32,000 nt of DNA from Sinorhizobium meliloti (GTDB lineage Bacteria; Pseudomonadota; Alphaproteobacteria; Rhizobiales; Rhizobiaceae). The stretch lies in contig NZ_JAGIOS010000001.1 in NCBI RefSeq assembly GCF_017876815.1, positions 2,580,001 to 2,612,000 of the forward strand, given 5' to 3'. Position 1 is the stretch's first letter. Each line of letters opens with the position of its first letter. This document shows positions 17,688 to 26,051 of the stretch, one piece after another. The position numbers and the translations under genes were made by a program. Under the pieces are notes generated by a model that worked only from the letters and a program-made list of their open reading frames with translations, searched no databases and was not told the DNA's origin.

Positions 17688-19319
17688 TCAATTGCCGGCG
17701 CTCTCCATCCGCCGCGTCTTCAGCACCTTTTCCAGCCAGCCGATTTCCATTTCGGGAACCGACTTCAGGAGAAGATCGGTATAATCGTCGAAGGGCGGCG
17801 AAAGGACCTTCGATTTCGGGCCGAAACGCACCGGCCGGCCGCGATGCATGACGGCGACGCTGTCGGCGATTGCCCGGACGATGGCGATGTCATGGGTGAT
17901 GAAGACATAGGAAACCGCGGTTTCCTCCTGCAGCTTCAGGAGCAGGTTGAGGATGCCTTCCGCCACCAGCGGATCGAGCGCCGAGGTCGGCTCGTCGCAC
18001 AGGATGAGCTCCGGTTTGGCGGCGAGCGCCCGGGCGATAGCGACGCGCTGCTTCTGTCCGCCGGAGAGCTCGGCCGGGTAACGATCGAGGAAGCGCGTCC
18101 CCATTTCGATCTGGTCCAGCAGTTCCTTCACCCGCTCGGTCTTTTTGGCGCCGTGCATGCCGAAGTAGAAGGAGAGCGGCCGGCCGACGATCTCGCGCAC
18201 CGTCTGGCGCGGATTCATCGCCGTGTCGGCCATCTGATAGATCATCTGGATCCGGCGCAGCTCATCGTTCGTCCTGCCTTTCAGCGCCTTCGGCAGTTCC
18301 TTTCCTTCGAAGGTGATGCGCCCTTCGCTCGGCGGCAGCAGGCCCGTGATGACGCGCGCGAGCGTCGATTTGCCTGAGCCCGATTCGCCGACGATTGCCA
18401 GTGTCTGGCCCTTCGGCAGGTGCATCGAGACGTCGTGCAATACCTTGAAGCCGTTGGCGTAACCGGCATGCACATGTTCGATCTTGAGAAGCGTGTCGGT
18501 CTGGTCCGGAGCTTCGTCGCGTTTCGCCTGGCGGACGCTGACGAGGGCGCGGGTGTATTCTTCCCTCGGAGCCTCGATCACCTGCTTGGTGGTGCCGTAC
18601 TCGACGGTCTTGCCGTTGCGCAGAACCATGATGTCGTCGGAGATCTGGGCGACGACTGCAAGATCGTGGGTAATGTAGAGGGCCGCGGTATCGGTCTCCT
18701 CGATCGCGTGCTTGATCGCGGCGAGCACGTCGATCTGGGTCGTGACGTCGAGCGCCGTGGTCGGCTCGTCGAAGACGATCAGTTCCGGGTTGGGGCAGAG
18801 CGCCATGGCGGTCATGGCGCGCTGCAACTGTCCGCCCGATACCTGATGGGGGTAGCGGTCTCCGAAGGTTTCCGGATTGGGAAGGCCGAGCACCCGGAAG
18901 AGATAGAGCGCACGCTTGGTCGCCTCGTCACGGTTCATTATGCCGTGGCGCAGAGACGCCTCGATCACCTGGTCGCCGAGCTTGTGGGCGGGATTGAAGG
19001 CTGCGGCGGCGGATTGCGCCACGTAGCAGACATGACGTCCACGAACCGAATTGATTCCGCCCCGGCCGAGCTTCAGGATGTCGCGGCCGTTGAGCAGCAC
19101 CTCGCCGCCGGTGATGCGGCAACCGCCGCGGCCATAGGCGAGCGCCGAGAGGCCGATCGTCGACTTGCCGGCGCCGGACTCGCCGATCAGACCCAGCACC
19201 TTGCCCTTTTGAAGATCGAAGGAAACGTCCTCGACCAGCGTCACCACTTTCGGCGGTTCGCCCGGCGGATAGCTCGTCGCTTCGATCTTCAGGTTCTTGA
19301 CGGAAAGCAGCTCAGGCAT
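17688..19319 (-). CDS. Fused double ATP-binding protein of a peptide/opine-type ABC importer (DppD-DppF fusion type)
   Basis: 543 aa with two complete cassettes: GESGAGKST / VSGGQLQRAMTAMAL / IVFDEP and GESGSGKST / LSGGQKQRVAIARAL / ILCDEP. It overlaps the upstream permease stop by 8 nt. Confidence 0.9.
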   Translation of the reverse strand: MPELLSVKNLKIEATSYPPGEPPKVVTLVEDVSFDLQKGKVLGLIGESGAGKSTIGLSALAYGRGGCRITGGEVLLNGRDILKLGRGGINSVRGRHVCYVAQSAAAAFNPAHKLGDQVIEASLRHGIMNRDEATKRALYLFRVLGLPNPETFGDRYPHQVSGGQLQRAMTAMALCPNPELIVFDEPTTALDVTTQIDVLAAIKHAIEETDTAALYITHDLAVVAQISDDIMVLRNGKTVEYGTTKQVIEAPREEYTRALVSVRQAKRDEAPDQTDTLLKIEHVHAGYANGFKVLHDVSMHLPKGQTLAIVGESGSGKSTLARVITGLLPPSEGRITFEGKELPKALKGRTNDELRRIQMIYQMADTAMNPRQTVREIVGRPLSFYFGMHGAKKTERVKELLDQIEMGTRFLDRYPAELSGGQKQRVAIARALAAKPELILCDEPTSALDPLVAEGILNLLLKLQEETAVSYVFITHDIAIVRAIADSVAVMHRGRPVRFGPKSKVLSPPFDDYTDLLLKSVPEMEIGWLEKVLKTRRMESAGN

Positions 19320-20139
19320 CGCCGCGGCCTCCTTTCAGGCTCGAGGTGCGCTTCATCAGCCAGTCGACGACGAGATTGACGCAGATGGCGAGTGCGGCGA
19401 TCGCGGCGCCCGGGATGAGCGCGGCCGATATGCCGAAGATGATGCCGTCCTTGTTGTCCTTGACCATGCCACCCCAGTCGGCGGCAGGCGGCTGAATGCC
19501 GAGGCCGAGGAAGGAGAGGGTGGAGAGGAACAGGATCGAGAAGGCGAAGCGCAGACCGAACTCGGCGAGCAGCGGCGACAGCGTGTTCGGCAGGATTTCC
19601 CGGAAGATGATCCAGACATTGCCTTCGCCGCGCAACCGCGCCGCTTCGACGAACTCCATCACCGCGACATCGAGGGCGACGGCGCGGCCGATGCGGAAGA
19701 CGCGCGTCGAGTCGAGCACGGCCATGACGAGGACCAGGATCCAGAGATGCTGTGGCAGCACCGCGAGAACGACGAGTGCGAAGATCAGCGTCGGCACCGC
19801 CATCATCAGATCGTTGAAGCGGGAGAAGAACTGATCGACGAAGCCGCCCGTTACTGCCGCGGTGAAGCTCAGGATCATGCCGAGAGCGAACGACAAGACG
19901 GTTGCCGCCAACGCCACGAAGATGGTCGTACGGGCTCCGTAGATCAGGCGCGAGAGCAGGTCGCGGCCGAGATTGTCCGTGCCGAGCAGGAAATCGCCGC
20001 CTGCCGGCAGCCAGATCTCGCCGACCACCTCACGCTCGCCGAAAGGCGCGAGGACGGGTGCAAAGAGGGCGCACAGAAGTGCGACCGCAATGCCGATGAT
20101 GCCGATCCAGGCGCTGAAGGGAATAGATCTCAGGTTCAT
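19312..20139 (-). CDS. ABC transporter permease (DppC/OppC-like)
   Basis: I prefer ATG at 20139 (MNLRSIPFSAWIGIIGIAVALL), which forms an ATGA overlap with the upstream permease stop. The track ORF start at 20610 is an out-of-context extension. Motifs: LLGTDNLGRDLLSRLIYGAR and the EAA-like loop EAARLRGEG. Confidence 0.88.
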   Translation of the reverse strand: MNLRSIPFSAWIGIIGIAVALLCALFAPVLAPFGEREVVGEIWLPAGGDFLLGTDNLGRDLLSRLIYGARTTIFVALAATVLSFALGMILSFTAAVTGGFVDQFFSRFNDLMMAVPTLIFALVVLAVLPQHLWILVLVMAVLDSTRVFRIGRAVALDVAVMEFVEAARLRGEGNVWIIFREILPNTLSPLLAEFGLRFAFSILFLSTLSFLGLGIQPPAADWGGMVKDNKDGIIFGISAALIPGAAIAALAICVNLVVDWLMKRTSSLKGGRGDA

Positions 20140-21260
20140 CGCGGGTGCCTCAATCTCGGATTGGCGAGAATGGCGAGGATGTCGGCCGCCATGTTGAGGA
20201 AGATGTAGAAGGCCGCAAAGATCAGCCCGCATGCCTGCACGACGGGCATGTCGCGCACCGTCACGGCATCCACCATGTATTGCCCCATGCCGGGATAGAC
20301 GAAGACGACTTCGACGACGACGACGCCGACGACCAGATAGGCGAGGTTCAACGCTATGACGTTGATGACCGGCGCCACGGCATTGGGGGCGGCGTGGCGC
20401 GCGATGATGCGGAACGTGCCGAGCCCCTTGAGTTCGGCGGTTTCCACATAGGCGGACGACATGACGTTGAGGATGGCCGCGCGCGTCATGCGCATCATAT
20501 GGGCGAGGACCACGAGCACGAGCGTCGCGACCGGAAGTGCGATCGCCGAAAGCCGCTCGGTGAAGCCCATGCTGTCGTAAACGGTCGCCGGGAAAGTGGC
20601 GACGCCCCATTTGACGGCGAAGAACATGATCAGGAGATAGCCGATGAAGAACTCCGGCAGCGAGATCGCCGCAAGCGATATCACGTTGATGATCTTGTCA
20701 GGCAGGCGGTTTCGGAATTGCACCGCGAGCATCCCGAGCCCCACGGCGAGCGGCACGGAGATGAGCGCCGCGAAGAAGGCGAGGAAGAGCGAGTTGCCGA
20801 GGCGGTTGCCGATCTGCTCGCTGACGGAATTCCTGCTCGCCCAGGACGTGCCGAAATCACCCTGCACGGCGCCGCCGAGCCAGCTGAGATAGCGCTCGCT
20901 CCAAGGGCGGTCGAGCCCGAGATCCTCGCGGATGTTCTCGACGGCCTGCGGCGTCGCCGACTGACCGAGATAGGTGGTGGCGAAATCGCCGGGCAACGCC
21001 TCGATGCCGCCGAAGATCATCAGCGACACGGCGAAGAGCAGGCCGACGCTCAGTCCCAGGCGCTGAAGGATCAGCGCCGCGAGAGGACGGCGAAAGGCGA
21101 AGCGCCGCCAGAACGTGCCGCCGAGCTCGTCGGCGGCCGGGTTGGGTTTGGCTGGGACACCGGAAAGATCGGGGGACCGCAGGGCTGTCTCGCCTGCGGT
21201 CGCATCCGTCACGACCGGACCCGTGATCGGTCCGCTTTCCATCATCAGGCGTCCAGCCAT
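20136..21260 (-). CDS. ABC transporter permease (DppB/OppB-like) with an unusual N-terminal extension of about 55 aa
   Basis: The core runs from RRPLAALILQRLGLSVGLLF onward, with the EAA loop ETAELKGLG. There are three in-frame ATGs at 21260, 21245 and 21242. ATG 21245 shares its A with the binding-protein TGA stop. Start uncertain. Confidence 0.82.
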   Translation of the reverse strand: MAGRLMMESGPITGPVVTDATAGETALRSPDLSGVPAKPNPAADELGGTFWRRFAFRRPLAALILQRLGLSVGLLFAVSLMIFGGIEALPGDFATTYLGQSATPQAVENIREDLGLDRPWSERYLSWLGGAVQGDFGTSWASRNSVSEQIGNRLGNSLFLAFFAALISVPLAVGLGMLAVQFRNRLPDKIINVISLAAISLPEFFIGYLLIMFFAVKWGVATFPATVYDSMGFTERLSAIALPVATLVLVVLAHMMRMTRAAILNVMSSAYVETAELKGLGTFRIIARHAAPNAVAPVINVIALNLAYLVVGVVVVEVVFVYPGMGQYMVDAVTVRDMPVVQACGLIFAAFYIFLNMAADILAILANPRLRHPR

Positions 21261-22834
21261 ACCCTGGTCGCGACATAGCCGTTCGACATGTCGTTGCCGA
21301 TGTCGTGGACGTAGCCCTTCACCGTTTTACCGGCCGCGTTCACGAAGTCGTTGAACATCGGCAGAATCAGGCCGCCTTCGTCGCGCACCATCATCGCCAT
21401 AGTGTGGTACATGTCCTTGCGCTTCGCTTCGTCGAGCTCGGAACGTGCTTCGAGCAGGATCTTGTCGAAATCCGGACGCTTGAAGCGGGTGTCGTTCCAG
21501 TCGGCTGTCGAGAGATAAGCGGTGGAGTACATCTGGTCCTGGGTCGGACGCCCGCCCCAATAGGATGTCGAGAAGGGTTGGACGTTCCAGACGTTGGACC
21601 AATAGCCGTCGCCCGGCTCGCGCTTGACCTCGATCTCGATGCCCGCCTTCTTGGCGCTCGCCTGGTAGAGGACAGCGGCATCGACCGCGCCGGGGAAAGC
21701 GACGTCCGAGGTGCGCAGCAGCACCGGACCGCTGTGGCCGGATTTCTTGTAGTGGAATGCCGCCTTGTCCGGATCGTAGGCGCGTTGCTCGATACCTTCG
21801 GGGAAGAGCGCATAGGTGTCGTTGATCGGGAAGTCGTTGCCGACCTTGCCGTAGCCGCCAAGGATGCGCTGGACCAGAGTCTCGCGGTCCATCGCGTATT
21901 TCAGCGCCATGCGCAGGTCGTTGTTGTCGAACGGCGCCGTGTTGCAATGCATGATGAAGACGTAATGTCCTCGGCCCGACGTATTGAGGATTTCGACGGT
22001 CGGCGCCTTCTTCAACAGGTTGACCGTCTTCGGGTCGACGCGGTTGATGAAGTGGACCTGGCCGGAGGACAGCGCCGCGATGCGCGCCGTCGCATCGTTC
22101 ATCGCGATCAGTTCGACTGAATCGACGTAGCCGCGGTCGGTGCGCCAGTCGTCGGCGTTCCTTTCGAATGTGGCGCGTACGCCCGGCTCGAAGCTTGCGA
22201 CCTTGTAGGGGCCGGTCCCGATCATCGCGTCGGGATTGTCCGTGCCGCCGTTCGGCTGGATGATGAGGTGATAGTCGGTGAGCAGCAGCGGCAGGTCCGC
22301 ATTGCCCTCCGTCAGCGTCAGGACGAGCTTGTCGCCGTCGGCCTTGATTTCCTTGATTGATTTCATCACGCCGAGCGCGCCGGACTCGGACTTTTCGTCC
22401 GTGTGTCGCTGCAGGGTCTTGATGACGTCGTCGATCGTCAGTTCCTTGCCGTCGTGGAATTTGACGCCCTTGCGGATCGTGAAGGTCCAGGTGGCGGCGT
22501 CGGCGGAGGGTTCCCAGGATTCTGCAAGCGCCGGCACCGGTTCGCCGGTCGTCGGGTGGCTCTCGACGAGCATGTCGCCCCAGTTGCGGCCGACCACGAA
22601 CATGAATTGCGACAGCGCCTTTGCCGGGTCCCGCGAGTCGGTGGCAGCGGCCCCTTCGAGGCCGAGCTTCAGGTGACCGCCGCGCTTCGGCTCCTGCGCC
22701 GCGGCGCTGGACGCAAAGAGCGTATTCGCCGTCGACGCGGCAATGCCGAGGGCGGCAGCGCGTCCGAGAAATTCACGCCGGTTCATTTTGCCGAGCATGA
22801 CCTGACGTGCCAAATAGTCTTTGTAATCGCTCAT
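21245..22834 (-). CDS. ABC transporter substrate-binding protein, family 5, paralog 2, twin-arginine signal
   Basis: I prefer ATG at 22834 (MSDYKDYLARQVMLGKMNRREFLGRAAALGIAASTANTLFASSAAAQE). This puts 18 residues before the RR, as in paralog 1, and has AAGGGAACAGGGGA upstream. The track start is 22903. Confidence 0.88.
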   Translation of the reverse strand: MSDYKDYLARQVMLGKMNRREFLGRAAALGIAASTANTLFASSAAAQEPKRGGHLKLGLEGAAATDSRDPAKALSQFMFVVGRNWGDMLVESHPTTGEPVPALAESWEPSADAATWTFTIRKGVKFHDGKELTIDDVIKTLQRHTDEKSESGALGVMKSIKEIKADGDKLVLTLTEGNADLPLLLTDYHLIIQPNGGTDNPDAMIGTGPYKVASFEPGVRATFERNADDWRTDRGYVDSVELIAMNDATARIAALSSGQVHFINRVDPKTVNLLKKAPTVEILNTSGRGHYVFIMHCNTAPFDNNDLRMALKYAMDRETLVQRILGGYGKVGNDFPINDTYALFPEGIEQRAYDPDKAAFHYKKSGHSGPVLLRTSDVAFPGAVDAAVLYQASAKKAGIEIEVKREPGDGYWSNVWNVQPFSTSYWGGRPTQDQMYSTAYLSTADWNDTRFKRPDFDKILLEARSELDEAKRKDMYHTMAMMVRDEGGLILPMFNDFVNAAGKTVKGYVHDIGNDMSNGYVATRVWLDA

Positions 22835-23052
22835 TCCCCTGTTCCCTTCTTCAGCCGGCATTCGCCGTTCGTTGTGATTGGTAGAGTGTTCGCGTATTGC
22901 CATCGGTCGAGATGGCCGGAGGTGGTTTGCAGTCCACCGTGATCGTCTCTATCCTGACCTCCTCATTTGGTCTCTTTGCGCGTTATCCGCGCTGTTCATC
23001 CATAAGGCTAACCGCTTGGACGGGGCTTGTAACGTCCTAAATTATAAATCTT

Positions 23053-23075
23053 TTCCATAAGCATGTCTTATGGAA
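23053..23075 (-). promoter_or_regulatory. Candidate operator: perfect 9-bp inverted repeat overlapping a sigma-70-like promoter for the ABC operon
   Basis: TTCCATAAG-catgt-CTTATGGAA. On the minus strand, -35 AAGACA (23069..23064), a 17-nt spacer and a perfect -10 TATAAT (23046..23041). A third half-site, TCCATAAG, lies at 22999..23006. Confidence 0.4.
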
Positions 23076-23151
23076 TGACTGCTCAGCCGCAAGCGCCGGT
23101 GCTCGCGGCGCGTCACGCTGAAAGGCCGGCATCCCCGGCTTCCACTCTGTC

Positions 23152-23170
23152 CGCGGCCGAAGCGGCCGCG
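23152..23170 (-). terminator. GC-rich hairpin just after the caiD-like stop (weak terminator or RNA-stabiliser candidate)
   Basis: CGCGGCCG-aag-CGGCCGCG begins 5 nt beyond the stop at 23175..23177. There is no U-tract on the minus-strand transcript. Confidence 0.3.
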
Positions 23171-23174
23171 TATC

Positions 23175-23966
23175 TCAGCGTCCCTTCCAGACCGGGTCGC
23201 GCTTCTCCGCAAAGGCGCGGGCGCCCTCGAGCTGGTCCTCGCTCGAATAGAGGACATCAACTGTCCTGAACTGGCGACGGGTGACCTTGTTCATGGTCGT
23301 CTGGAAGTCCCGGCCCTCGGCATCACGGACCACTTCCTTGATTGCGGCATAGACGAGCGGCGGGCCGCTTTCGAGCAGGCGCGCCAGTTCCCACGCGCGG
23401 TCCATCAGCCGTCCGGCCGGCAGGATCTCGTTGACGAAGCCCCAGCGGTTCGCTTCGACCACGTCGAGCCAGCGGCCGGTGAGCAGCATGTCCATGGCGA
23501 TATGGTAGGGGATGCGCTTCGGCAGCTTGATCGAAGCGGCATCGGCGAGCGTACCCGAGCGGATTTCCGGGAGTGCGAAACTCGCATGTTCGGCTGCGAG
23601 GATGATGTCGGTCGAAAGCGCGATCTCCAGGCCGCCACCGCAACAGATGCCGTTGACGGCCGCGATGATCGGCTTGTTGAGGTCGCGCAGCTCCTGCATG
23701 CCGCCGAAACCGCCGACGCCGTAATCTCCATCGACAGGGTCGCCTTCCGCCGCCGCCTTCAGGTCCCAGCCGGGGCAGAAGAATTTCTCGCCGGCGCCGG
23801 TGATGATCGCGACCCGAAGCTCCGGGTCGTCCCGGAAATCGCGGAAGATCTCGCCCATGACGCGGCTGGTCTTCAGGTCGATGGCATTGGCCTTCGGCCG
23901 GTCGATCGTGACTTCGAGAATGCCGCCTTCGCGGCGCGTAAGGATCGGTCCGGTCATGGGCGTCAT
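23175..23966 (-). CDS. caiD: Crotonobetainyl-CoA hydratase / carnitinyl-CoA dehydratase (crotonase family, CaiD-like)
   Basis: It aligns by eye end-to-end with my recollection of E. coli CaiD: ILE.T.DRPKANAID.KTS, FRDDP.LRVAIITGAGEKFF..GWDLKAAAEG, ASFALPE, and an identical C-terminus AFAEKRDPVWKGR. An alternative start at ATG 23957 would match E. coli N-terminal spacing. There is a 4-nt overlap with the upstream gene. Confidence 0.9.
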   Translation of the reverse strand: MTPMTGPILTRREGGILEVTIDRPKANAIDLKTSRVMGEIFRDFRDDPELRVAIITGAGEKFFCPGWDLKAAAEGDPVDGDYGVGGFGGMQELRDLNKPIIAAVNGICCGGGLEIALSTDIILAAEHASFALPEIRSGTLADAASIKLPKRIPYHIAMDMLLTGRWLDVVEANRWGFVNEILPAGRLMDRAWELARLLESGPPLVYAAIKEVVRDAEGRDFQTTMNKVTRRQFRTVDVLYSSEDQLEGARAFAEKRDPVWKGR

Positions 23967-26026
23967 TTCCTCCGGCGGATCAGGGCGTCGGCGGCAACGG
24001 CTCCGTGGCCGTCCGGCAGCACCATTATAGGATTGATATCGAGTTCTTCGAGTTTGGAAGCGTTTGCAACGACATAGGATGCCGCGGCAGCGACAGTTCG
24101 TATCAAGGCGGCGATATCGCCCTTCGGATTGCCGCGATAGCCATCGAGCAGCCTGCTGATTTTGAGCCCCGCAATCGCATCGCGGATACTCTCTTCGGTG
24201 ACCGGCAGCGTGAGGATCGCGGAATCCTCCAGCAATTCGACGAGAATGCCGCCGGCGCCGATCGTCAGCACCGGACCTGCGACCGCGTCGCGCGCCGCCC
24301 CGACGATCAGTTCCGCCACCGGCTTGGCGATCATCTTCTCGACGAGGTAGCCGGAGGCGACCGATGCCATGCCGCGCGCCGCCTCGATGACCTCGTCACG
24401 GTTTGTCAGATTGAGCCTGACCGCACCGGCTTCGGTCTTGTGCGCCACGCCGAGGCCCTTGAGGGCCACGGGGAAGCCGAGGGACTCGGCCGCCGCCGCG
24501 GCTTCCTCGACTGTCGCGGCGCTCCTGCCGCCGGGAACGATGACGCCCGCGGCTGCGAGCTCATCCTTCGCCTCGGCTTCGCTCAGGGTGACGATCTCGC
24601 CTCCCTCAGGACGCGAGCGAAGGAGGGGAGGTGCTGCGGGCTTCGCCCACACGGCGCCGATCGCAGCGGCGGTCTCGACGGCGCCGAGCGCTTCGTCGAT
24701 ACCGAAGAAGGGCACGACGCCCGCCGACACCAGAGAGATCGCGGTTTCCTCGGGCATGTTCTCGCCGAGGCTGGCGACGATGCCGGCGACCGCGCCGGTA
24801 GCCTTCGTCGAATCGATGACCGCCTCACAGGTCGTGACCCAGTCGGCCGCGTCGCAGCGATCGAGCCGCGGGAAATCGAGCACGATCAGGTTGAGCGCGT
24901 AGCCGCCGTGCATCATGGCCGTGAAGGCGGCCGTCTGCTTCTCGCGATTTCCCCAGACGAACGTGTGGTAGTCGAGCGGATTGGCGATCGTCACCATTTC
25001 GCCGAGGCTTTCGCGCAGCGGCTGGCGTTGTTCCTCCCTGAGTGCCCGGAAATTGACTTTGCGCCGGACGCCGGCATCCGCCACCAGCGATGCCTCGCCG
25101 CCCGAACAGCTCATCGAGGAGATATCGGCGCTGGGCAGCGGCCCATGAAGATGCAGCAGCTTCAGGGTTTCGAGCAGCTCGGGCAGCGTGTCGACGCGGC
25201 CGATGCCGAGGCGGGCGAGCAGGGCCGAGGAGACCCGGTCGTTGCCGGCCAGCGAGGCGGTGTGGGAGACGGTGGCAAGCTGGGCGGCTTCCGATTTCCC
25301 GACCTTCAGCGTGACCACGGGTTTGCGCAGCTCGCGGGCGCGGGCGGCAAGCCTTTCCAGCGCCTCGATGCTGTCGAAGCCTTCGATATGGAGACCGACG
25401 GCGGTGACGCGCGGATCCTCGAGCACGGCGCAGGCGATGTCGGAAAGGCCCGTCTGCGCCTGGTTGCCTGCCGTCATGACATAGGCCAGCGGCAGCCCGC
25501 GCTTCTGCATCGAGATATTGCATGCGATATTCGAGGACTGCGTGAGGATCGCGACGCCTCGTTCGACCCGGAGCATGCCGTGCTGGTCGGGCCAGAGCAG
25601 CGCGCCGTCCAGCATGTTGATGAAGCCGTAGCAGTTGGGGCCGACGATCGGCATGTCGCCGGCCGCCGCGACGAGCGCCTCCTGCAGGTCGTTGCCATCG
25701 GCAAGCTCGTTTGCGGCCTCGCGGAAACCGGATGCGTAGCAGACGGCACCCCCGGCGCCCCGCGTGGCGAGATCGCGGATGATCTCGATCGTGAGCGCGC
25801 GGTTGACCCCGACGAAGGAGGCATCGGGCGCCTCCGGCAGGTCGGCCACCGAGCGATAGCAGCGGCGGCCGAGGATCTCTTCTTCGCGCGGGTGGACCGG
25901 CCAGATGTCACCGGCAAAGCCCATCTTGTCGCATTGCTCGATGACGCGGCGCGCCTCCTTGCCGCCGAAGACGGCGATGGAGCGTGGGCGGATGAGACGG
26001 TCGAGGGAGCGGGGAGGGGTGGTCAT
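23963..26026 (-). CDS. ADP-forming acyl-CoA synthetase (acetate--CoA ligase family: CoA-binding, ligase-CoA and ATP-grasp domains); probable gamma-butyrobetaine-CoA ligase
   Basis: 687 aa. The N-terminus LIRPRSIAVFGGKEARRVIEQC, VNRALTIEIIRDLATRGAGGAVCYASGF, the His-loop region VSHTASLAG and a C-terminal ATP-grasp segment (GFPVALKGLGVAHKTEAGAVRLNL) fit the family. The substrate is inferred from context. Confidence 0.85.
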   Translation of the reverse strand: MTTPPRSLDRLIRPRSIAVFGGKEARRVIEQCDKMGFAGDIWPVHPREEEILGRRCYRSVADLPEAPDASFVGVNRALTIEIIRDLATRGAGGAVCYASGFREAANELADGNDLQEALVAAAGDMPIVGPNCYGFINMLDGALLWPDQHGMLRVERGVAILTQSSNIACNISMQKRGLPLAYVMTAGNQAQTGLSDIACAVLEDPRVTAVGLHIEGFDSIEALERLAARARELRKPVVTLKVGKSEAAQLATVSHTASLAGNDRVSSALLARLGIGRVDTLPELLETLKLLHLHGPLPSADISSMSCSGGEASLVADAGVRRKVNFRALREEQRQPLRESLGEMVTIANPLDYHTFVWGNREKQTAAFTAMMHGGYALNLIVLDFPRLDRCDAADWVTTCEAVIDSTKATGAVAGIVASLGENMPEETAISLVSAGVVPFFGIDEALGAVETAAAIGAVWAKPAAPPLLRSRPEGGEIVTLSEAEAKDELAAAGVIVPGGRSAATVEEAAAAAESLGFPVALKGLGVAHKTEAGAVRLNLTNRDEVIEAARGMASVASGYLVEKMIAKPVAELIVGAARDAVAGPVLTIGAGGILVELLEDSAILTLPVTEESIRDAIAGLKISRLLDGYRGNPKGDIAALIRTVAAAASYVVANASKLEELDINPIMVLPDGHGAVAADALIRRRK

Positions 26027-26051
26027 TGCGTCACCTTCCGAACGCTGCCAT

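Noticed and set aside
19312-20610. 432-aa version of the DppC-like permease ORF
   Set aside because: The first ~157 residues overlap the upstream permease gene in another frame and are Arg-rich nonsense. ATG 20139 with its ATGA overlap gives a normal-length permease.
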